Positions 54,733-64,000 of a stretch of 64,000 bases of DNA are shown in pieces. Origin of the DNA: Callorhinchus milii (Eukaryota). A program made the position numbers and the translations under genes. The notes under the pieces were generated by a model that was given only the letters and a program-made list of their open reading frames with translations, made no database searches and was not told the origin of the DNA. The DNA lies in contig NW_024704743.1 of NCBI RefSeq assembly GCF_018977255.1, forward strand, positions 14,510,001-14,574,000, written 5' to 3'. How positions within the stretch are numbered: position 1 is the stretch's first letter; every line of letters starts with the position of its first letter.

Positions 54733-55789
54733 TCACCATTATAGTTTGCTTTGAGACGTCCTCTGCGATCACCTGCTACAACAACATCGAGGATAACATC
54801 TTGAACAACAACAACAACAAGGTTACATTTGTATAGCGCCTTTCACGTCGGGAGGACGTCTCAAGGCTCTGGACAGCATACAGCATTTCAGACTTTGAAG
54901 TGCTTCACAGACATGGAATGGGATCCCAAACAGGGTGAGATGCACTGGAGGTGACAAATGTTTGAAAGCTGGGAGGGATGTGAGGTGGTGGGATTTCAGG
55001 AGAATTTCAGAGAGCAGAGGTAACATACCGGAAAGCTTGACAATAGTGGGGCAATGTGGGTGGTGGAGGAGCATTGAGTCTGAGTTAGCAGAGGGATTGT
55101 TAACTGCAGGAGATCACAGAAGTAAGGTGGGATAATGGTATGAAGACATTTGAAAGTGAGAATAAGGATATTGAAGTTGATCTAAGGAATAAGGAGCCGC
55201 TGGTGTCTGACTTGAATAGCTCGCAGAGCCTATGATGGGAAACATTGTTAAGCAGTTCAGGTAAACTGGAGCTTGTCGACATTTGAGTAAGGAGAGCCGG
55301 CGAGGAGAACATTGGAGACATCAAGTCTGGAAGTGATGGGATGGAGGTGGCTGATGTGGTGGAGTTGATTGGCAGCAGATTTGGTCAAAGACCAGATGAA
55401 AGCTTTAAAGGAGAGCTGAGTCTTAAACAAAATGCCAAGATTGAACACAGGTTGTGTGAACTGGAATGAGTAGCTAGGGAGGATGATACAGTCATTGTCA
55501 GAAATGAGGCAGGAGGCAAAGCAGGTTGTCTTCAGTTTAGTTGATATTTAGTTGAAGGAATTTCAGGCAGTGTGTCAAGGCAGCACTTCTAAGTCTTTTG
55601 TTTCCCCCCCCACTCCCTTCTCAAATAATGGTGTGAGAATTGCAATTCTATAGAGACAAATTCTAAATCCAGAGAACTTTAAAATATTATCCAATACAAG
55701 ATTGCATTTGTACAGTGCCTTTTATGTTGGGAGGACATCCCAAGACGGTATACTGAACATGTGTGCAATTTCATTACCTAGTTCTTAAC

Positions 55790-56200
55790 ACCCGGGTAGA
55801 AAACATCCAGTCCTGGAGATTTATCCACCTTGTAGTTTGTCTGGTTGTTTTGTCACTAACTTTGTTCCCATTAAGTTTCTCCCATTTATATATGTTTGGA
55901 TTTCATAGTGGAATCACATATTCATTCTCCACAATGAAGACAGACCTAAAGTATTCATTTAAGAGAACTGTCATTTCCCTTTCGTTCACTACAATTTTGC
56001 TCAGATTTGTTCCTAATAGACCAGCTTCCTCCTTGACTACTCTCATATTCTGAATATATTTATAAAATCTTTTACTGTTACCCTTGATATTACATGCAAT
56101 TTTTTTTATATAATCCCCTTTGCTCTCCTCATTATTTTCTTGGTCTCCTATGACTGTTTCTTTAATACTCCCAGTCTGTTGTCTTATCACTTGCTCTTAC
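55790..56200 (-). mobile_element. CR1 ORF2 fragment
   Basis: ORF 55903..56190 'IACNIKGNSKRFYKYI..LLNEYFRSVF', typical of the CR1 region upstream of RT. Confidence 0.8.
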
Positions 56201-59200
56201 CTATCTGTACTCACTTTCGGTTTGCTTAATTTGTGGTCACGAACTGAAATCGTTAAGAATGGAAGTGGGCAAAGAATGAGCAGGATAATTAAATTTGATC
56301 GCTGGTTACTCAAGAAAATACCCCTTATGGCTATGTTGGGGGAATTCAAATTATAGATTCCTTTCTCAAATATAATGGGCAAATATAGAAAGGATAGTTG
56401 GCCCTTAAATACACGAGGAGCTAAGAAGCTGACACAATACAAGTACAAAATAGCTCTTTGCTCTTTGGCTAAAATCAAGTGGCTTTGCCTTGACTAAGAA
56501 GTGGATCTGTGATACTAATAATTTCTTAACATTTTTTCTGAGAACAAGAAACATCTCAATCTCGTAGCGCTTCACAAAATATACTGTAAAGTAAATTGAC
56601 TGTATATTTTGTGGGCAAAACGTGACAGCCAATTGTGCACAGCAATGTCCACAAACAGTCGTGGATTGAGTGACCAATTTTTCTTAAAAAAAATAATTTA
56701 CTTTTAGTTATAGCAATTTTATGGATCCAATGTCCTCGGTATAATGGGGCTCTACTACATCCACAAGACTGGTTGCAAAGGCTACCGTGTGATAGCTGCA
56801 CTGTCTACTATAGCTGATAATAGAAGAAAGTGCTAGAATAAAATCTAGATCTTGGGGAATTTAATCTTTGTAAAAGTAGTGAGAGCAATAATAAAGTGCA
56901 TGAAGAGATAACAAACAACTTTGATACCTAGTCTGACAGACAGACTAACAGCTGAAGCTTTAGCAAATCTATCCTACATTATGCGTTCAAATATTGTTTC
57001 CTTATCTTTCAATTAAAATTAAGTACTGTTATTTTCCTATAAATCATGTTATTTTCAGTGGCTCTGCAGCTTGAGACACAGAAATTTGAGATATTCGGTT
57101 TAATGTTAAACATTTCATGTGTAACAGGAAAAGGATCACTAAATATTACCATGGTTTACAGTTACTGGACACAACATCAGCAGCAACAATTCTAGTACAA
57201 CAACAACAACTTCCATTTATATAGCATCCTTCATCCATGGTAGCGTACCAGAGAGCTTGATGGAGTGGCGGAATCTGACTCTGAGACAGGGGGAGGAAGG
57301 CGGGAGGTGACTGTAAGCACGATCAAAAAGGAAGTTCTTCAGGCGGGATTTGAAAGTGGAGAGGGAGGGAGCAAGGCAGAGGGATTGTGGGAGTTCCAGA
57401 GTTTCGGAACAGTACACATTAAAAATATATAAAGTAGTACAATATTTTACGATGTGCATTTGAGAGAAAGAAAGTAGGTCTGATCAAAATTCTCAATAAT
57501 AACCTTGAAAAATAAGTAATGGGAATACATTATATTGGTAGAACACTTTAAAAAACACAGTGCGAACATCAAACATCTTATATAAGGCAGATTTATTCTT
57601 CCATATACTGCACGATAATATGAAATTCAAATTAGAGCTTTCACAAACTAAAAGAAAAGCCTTTGATATAATGGGAATCATTAAGGTTTGCCAAGTAGGT
57701 TTGGCATTATCTCCTCCTGGTGTGCTATGTTTTTTTTTGTCAGCCGCCAGGTGTCTGACACATGTGGAAACTCATCACCATGTTTAAGAGCATCCAAACC
57801 AAGCTGAGATTTTGATGCATCCAATCTACACATGTAAATCCCGGAGACGGATTGTTGAAATGCAATGTGCCTGGACACATGGCGGCTGGAAGCTTCGTAC
57901 GTTATAAGCGGGCTCTGAGGTTAACCAAAGTTTTCTTCTTCTTCCCGCACAGCAGAGGACCACCAAGGGTGCCGCCTCCCTCCCATTGCTGGATGGGAAG
58001 AGGACCAATTAGCGGTGGCTCCGAGGTGATTGACAGCCTGAAGCCGCTCATGAATGGATGGGCTCCAGCTTGTCAATCAATCGCAATTTGAGTCCGCCCA
58101 TCTACATCCCAGAGCCACTCGAGACACCCGATTTAACCGGAATATTTAAAATAGCCAAAAATACAAATGAGTTGGGATTGGACATTTGGTCCGATTTACG
58201 ATTTATCCAGGATCCGAGGTTAACTGGCGTCAGTTTAAGCTTAAATGGATTCAGAGCACAGCAAGAGGAGATTCCACTGTTATACGCTTTGGGGTATTTG
58301 TTTCCTCTGTTAGTAAGTCTACAGTTCTAAATAATATACCCAAGAGTGGGCTCTATTATCATTGAAAACGGAGTAAAAAGAAAGGAATATTGGAAATGTT
58401 CCCAGGTAATTTAAAACATTAGACAATCCCAAACAATTCAAGATTTTTGGAAAGGACAATCTTTCTATAGTAACAATCTTACAAGGTTTTGTTCTCCTTC
58501 CAATCAAGGGATATGCTGCTGTAGAAATAGATTGCAATGAAAAGCCCGACATGTGAGGTTTAAGAAACTGAATCTTTGTAGCTTGCCTGATTGCTCACTT
58601 CTGTAAGATAAAGCAACTAAGAAACAGAAAAGGCAATATTAACCAATTGGCATTGCCATGGTCATATTTCAACTGGAATCACAACAGCTTTTAGATTCCT
58701 TTGGCTATGTATTTGAATGCACTGCCTTTGATTAGTCAGATTGGGGATTATCACACATTTCAGAATAGAGGTACTAAAGAGATAAGTACAGATCCACTAT
58801 TCCATCTATGTCATGGCCCAGAGTGTTGCACACTCATGAGAATAGCACAAGCCAACAAGCTACTCTGAAATCACCTCTCTTGGACTGAAAAGATGACCTC
58901 ATTATAATCGCAGGATTACACTGCTAACGTAGCTTTAAAATGGAGAACAAGATTCAGTGCTGACTCTTGATCACCATTTATCTCAGCCAGGAGTTAATGT
59001 GTTCACTTCCTTATCACCTTTACTTGATCAGAGTTGATCACTGTTTGCAGAAGGAGGAATTGAAACCCTCACAGCAATCAATTTATTGCATTAAGATTAA
59101 AGTTGAGCTAATTCCTGAATGGAACCATAGCATAAAATTCCTCCATTATTCCCCAGCAATATTGCAAACATGTTCAGAGGATTTTTAAAACTCCATTAAC

Positions 59201-59413
59201 AAAACCTAAAAAAAACTGTACTCTTCCATTAACAATCCACCTAAAACATAATTCTTTATTAATGTGCTACAATAGCACCCACGTAGCAGGGATGAAAGAT
59301 CAACACTAGGTTTTTAATAAGAAACGTTTGGTGAACTAGAAAGGTACAGGAGTAAATCAACGATACATTTTCCATCCACTCTTTCCAGCAATGCCGTGGT
59401 GAGAATGTGGCCC

Positions 59414-59483
59414 CTGGGAAAGAGACCGGTTCACTGTGAGACCTGCTACTCACTCTCTTACAGTGTAACGGCCCCCTCTCCAG
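59414..59483 (-). ncRNA. MIR128-2: pre-miR-128-2 hairpin; mature 3p UCACAGUGAACCGGUCUCUUU at 59439-59419, 5p arm at 59476-59454
   Basis: Exact 21-nt miR-128-3p, complementary 5p arm GGGGGCCGUUACACUGUAAGAGA, and loop GUGAGUAGCAGGUC typical of the -2 paralogue. Sense orientation within an ARPP21 intron, the known host. Confidence 0.98.
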
Positions 59484-60118
59484 CTGCTCCATATAGCATC
59501 CAACTAATGGCCTCCTGAAATGGTACAGCAGTTGATTCCAATTTTAGTTGCATCAGTGCTATTTTCTCTCCTATTTTCACCATTAACAATTCAGGTAACT
59601 CAAATCACATTGTACCCTTTATGCAAGCATTTTGACTGAAGGCAAAATGGTCATGTCAGGTTGTTCTGTACTGTACACTAATGTCCATGAACTGGAACAT
59701 TTTAAAATGCTTTTATAAAGTGCTTGGAATTCTTACATTTTGTTAGTCTGCTTTTCTGACCTGAGAAGCTGCTTGTTTTGTGTTTCACGTTAGCTTCCCT
59801 TTCCCAAGAAGACAGAAGGAACATCTGCAGCAATAATATGTACAATATTCTGCACGTACACACACAGCACAGAAGTGAAAGTGAATTACTAGTGTCTAGC
59901 AGACATGAATAGAAAATAATAAAAATATCATTATCTTCTTCCTTTTCATCCATGGGGGATGAGTATGAGCGATGGCAATGAGCTAGATGGGTGTTTATTG
60001 CTTATTTGTCAGTTCCTTAATCCTAACTTGTTCCAAAAGTCAAAATAAGGTACAGATAATAAAAGAAAATCATTGCTCACCCAAGATGATCAGATACACT
60101 GCGGTTGAAATGACCTAC

Positions 60119-60245
60119 CTGTCTGTTGTGTAGTCTGTGGCATCTGCTGACCTCGCTGTGTATTGTACTGAACCGAAGCAACAGGCCTGAACTGCTGGGC
60201 TGCTGAGGTAGGGTACTGGCCAGAGGAATAGTAATACACTGACAT
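60119..60245 (-). CDS. ARPP21: ARPP21 internal coding exon (third from last), MSVYYYSSGQYPTSAAQQFRPVASVQYNTQRGQQMPQTTQQT-G
   Basis: Translated by hand; not in the ORF track. Poly-T tract plus TAG acceptor, GTAGGT donor. 127 nt = 42 codons + 1, which is phase-compatible with the next exon. Resembles the vertebrate ARPP21 segment 'SGQYPTS..QQYRP..VQYN.QR.QQMPQ' as I recall it. Confidence 0.93.
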
Positions 60246-62104
60246 CTAAAAAAAAAGGCAAAAACTATTATATCTCAATACTTACAAGGTGTAAAATATG
60301 TTATATTGCAACTATATTATAATAACTGAGTTCATTAGTTTGCAATATTTTTTAAAACAACTAGAATTTACTAAAGAGCAAAGGATGCCAACAATCAAAC
60401 GAAAATATTTTGAAATTTCTTTGCTTTTAATAAATGATTTGATCTTGTTGCGTACCTCCGTAAACCTGTTTGTAGATGCGACGTGCTGATATCAATCTCA
60501 TTAGCGCTCCGCAAAGCCATAAATCAGGATACCAAATGCTGTGCTCCAGGTTAGCCCAATTCCCAACACAATTAATTCAAGCTCCAGAGGGACATAGACT
60601 GCTACTAAAATAATAGAATATGCAATACATATTGCATACATACTTTGCAGTTAAATGCCTCTAGATATGAAATACTACTACTGTATAATGATTTCCTATT
60701 TTTCTTGACCTCACTTAAAGGCAGCTGATGCAGTGGCAGCCTGTTTTTTTTGCCAAGGAACATTGCTAGGTTTCAAGTAATGTTGGATTCAATTGCAAGA
60801 TGGACAAGGCCCATTACTTCATTTGTAAAGAATAAGCTGTAAGCTTTTCAGTTTATTAAAATAATAAATTGTTTTACTGATAGAAACATATTTCTGATCT
60901 TTAAGGAAGTTTGCAACACAGTCTGAGTATGAAGAAGCGGTGGTCTATGCTTAGTAGGATAAAAATAAATCCTTTACATTTCTCCTCTTTCATTATCTTA
61001 TTGTTAGTTAAATCATGTTGATGCTGCATTTGCTTTCCTGTAACTGTGAAGATCAGTGTGGAAAGCAGGTGTATTGTAAATTAATCTACACAGGTCAAAT
61101 GGAGCGACATATAATATTTATATTCTTCAAGATATCAATGAATATGACAGAAACTATGCAAATTCATACAAAGTATAGAATGAAAGAAATGCTGATATTC
61201 TGTTTTCCATTTATTTTAGTGAAACAGATGGACAATACTACTGATTGATTGAAAACCTGATAAAAATATTCCACTAAAACCTAGTTGTTCTTAACTGTTC
61301 AGTGAGAAGAAAACAATTGTACACACTGTAGGCTATGACTTTAAAAACCTACCTATAAACATACATTAAAATCCATGCCTGAGCCCACAGACTTAAATAG
61401 GTAAACGTGTAAAGAGAAAATTTCTGTGCTAATTCTTGATACTAATGCAGCAGCTTTCTCCTTAGTGAGATGGTAGAAATCTTATTCCAGGTAGAGTGTT
61501 AGTAAGGTATTTCCAAGTACCAATCCATCTTCAGCAAGACAGAAAATCACTGACCCTACATGTTGAAGTCAATTAAATATGATTAATTGATGTTTGTAAT
61601 CTCCATGTGGATTACTTGGATACACAAAAGGAGTTATAAGCAAAGCTGGTTTCTTAATAATACCTATTCAACACTTTCAAGTGTGCGCTCACCATTTGGG
61701 AACTGCTGCAGCATTAATGTGCCAAATCCAAACCATACTAACATTATAACTCCTTTTTCAGCTAAATTTTACCCTACGGACAGATCTTTTTCTTGTGTAA
61801 AAAATGTGCCCAGCATTCTGAGCTATTGGTGTTGGTGGCTACTAATGGGATATCTTATTATAGTTGTGCATCACCAAAGGTGCTGTGTATAATGCTGAAT
61901 GGAATTTCTGTCCCTGTAGGTATCTTCCTCTTCATAATAATAATAACAATAATAATAATCCTTGCATTTGATTATAGCGCTTTTCACGTCTTCTAGACGT
62001 CTCAAAGCGCTTCACAGAATATGCTGTAAAGTGAATTGACTGTATATTTGTGAGTGAATCTTTGTTAATCTAGCACAGAAATGCATTGTTCCTGTATGTT
62101 GTCT

Positions 62105-62375
62105 CCTGCTCCTTGTCCCCCGTCTGGCCCAGCCCATCATCAGCAGTCGGGCTTTCAGCCTCACTGTCCCCACCCTTTGGAACTCCATCCCACATTCCCT
62201 TTGCCTTGTCTCCTTCAAGGCACGTCTCAAGTCCCTCCTTTTCAACTGTTCCTTTGACTACCTTCCCTAATCTAAACTCTCCCCCTCGGGTCCAAATACC
62301 TGACTGTCCAGCATCTTGGGACGTCCTCCCACTGTGAAAGGTGCTATACAAATGTAATTTTGTATTGTATTATTT
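62105..62375 (+). mobile_element. L2 3' fragment
   Basis: Stem-loop tail followed by TGTATTGTATT. Confidence 0.85.
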
Positions 62376-62449
62376 GTAATCATCATTTATTATTATATTA
62401 TTATCATTTAAATGCCCTCTATTTTTCTTAAAGCTGCAGTCATTATAAT

Positions 62450-62822
62450 ATTGCATTTTATGTAGCAAATGTCTCAAAGCACTTCACAGAATTTTACTAT
62501 AAAGTGTGATGAATGTTAACTATTAGACAAGCCTGGTAGCCAATTTGTGCACAGCACTACCCCACACACAGCCATGAAATGAATGATTAATTTTATCTGG
62601 AGGACTGTTTACCAGGACTCTCCCTTCTCTTTTGGTAATGTGCCGTGGGATCTCTAACATCCACCTGAACAGGCAAATGAGACCTCCACTGAATTCTCAT
62701 CTGAAGGATGGCACTTATAAGAATGTATCACTCCTCAGGGCATTGTATTGGAGTAAGGAGCTCAAAGTCCCAAATTTTTGACTCAGAGACAAGAGTGCTA
62801 TCAACTAAACCAGGATGACACA
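62450..62822 (-). mobile_element. Deu-domain SINE
   Basis: Head GTCATCCTGGTTTAGTTGATAGCACTCTTGTCTCTGAGTC; core GGTGGATGTTAGAGATCCCACGGCAC. Confidence 0.72.
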
Positions 62823-64000
62823 TGTATGGTAGCATGGAATTAGACAAAACTTCAAACTTCAGAATATGTAGACCAATGCAGAAACTAGCTATATACGTAT
62901 CTGTATATATAATTGGATCTACAATTGGCTGCAGTGTTTCACCCACAAAATAAACAGTCAATTCACTTTACAGTATATTTCGTGAAGCATTTTGAGATGT
63001 CTCGAAGATGCGATAAGGCTCTACATCAAATGCAAGGATTATTATTATGATTATAATCAGCAATGCTGTTTAATAGAAACAACAATCTAGGATCTGTTTA
63101 TATTAAAAACAAAACTGCTGTTGGGTAGATTTGATCTGTAAGTAAATATTAATAATGCAATAGGTCTGTTTCTTCTTTCTGCTCCCCCTCCCCCCCCAAC
63201 ATTATTCTTCCTTGAACTAAAAAGTAATGAGACTAAAGTAGGTGATAACATTTCCTAAGAACAATAGGTTAGCACTATAGAAATATGATAACTGCCCAGT
63301 AAATCGCATGTAGAGTGAAGTAATGTGAAATTAAACTGTCAGTGCAGTGTAATCTTTATTAACTACACAAAAATGTCAAGATGTTCTTTTCATTTAATGA
63401 TGTCATTTTTGACATATGGTATGACAGAAAGAAGTCAAAAGCTAATGACTCATGGGAATACTCGGCAGCATTAACTATGGTTGATATGGCAATATAACAA
63501 TATACCTGGAAATTTATGCATATCAGAATGAACTGTCCCTGCTAAAACTGAACTTTTGCAGTAACTAAAGAGTGCAAAAGACGTATCCTTGTATCTTCAC
63601 AAAGAATTGTCACATTTTGTGAATTAGCACATCAGGACTCAACAATCACATGAATGCAAACTTTTGTTGCAAGTTGAAAACCCCTTATGACCATTTTTCT
63701 TCTCCTGATCATTGCAAACAGACCCATTCATCTGAAAATTTTAGCCTTATTCTATGAGCTCTCAGGAAATATCTGAATGTACATTTTTAGTTCAAAGGTG
63801 CTGCATTGAAACTGACACAACTGGGATATTAAAATAGCAACTTTTATATTCATTATAACATACTGACTGGTCACCTAATTAAGTTATTTTATCTATGTTT
63901 AGCACCAGCAATTTATAATATTTCAGATTAAATTCCCAAACTCAATACCTTATTTCTGAAATGCAAGAATGATACCAGTTAAACCAAGCAAACAGGAGTA

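Noticed and set aside
60456..60538. Extra ARPP21 exon (CAG...GTACGC on minus)
   Set aside because: No polypyrimidine tract, no ARPP21-like peptide, and the open frame is not phase-compatible with the 60245 exon if the GTACGC donor is used.

Overview
This is vertebrate genomic DNA, not prokaryotic. The repeat families (CR1 and L2 LINEs, Deu-type and tRNA-derived SINEs) point to a cartilaginous fish, possibly a chimaera; that assignment is inference. The only supportable protein-coding gene is the 3' end of ARPP21 on the minus strand. Its last three coding exons are 60245-60119, 37088-36937 and 30919-30662; all splice sites are GT-AG and phase-compatible, and the protein ends ...GWQVKY*. The intronic microRNA miR-128-2 lies at about 59414-59483. 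The rest is intron or downstream sequence filled with 5'-truncated L2 and CR1 LINEs, two SINE families sharing an L2-like tail, one LTR-type element with a tRNA-Ser-like primer-binding site, and small palindromic elements carrying hammerhead-ribozyme-like motifs and ~14-bp TSDs. Nearly all ORFs in the supplied track are decayed reverse-transcriptase fragments or chance ORFs. The most interesting observations are miR-128 target sites in the host gene's own 3' region, the hammerhead-bearing palindromic retroelements, and the odd LTR element with a 64-bp tandem array. I see no solid evidence for an entirely new biological system.
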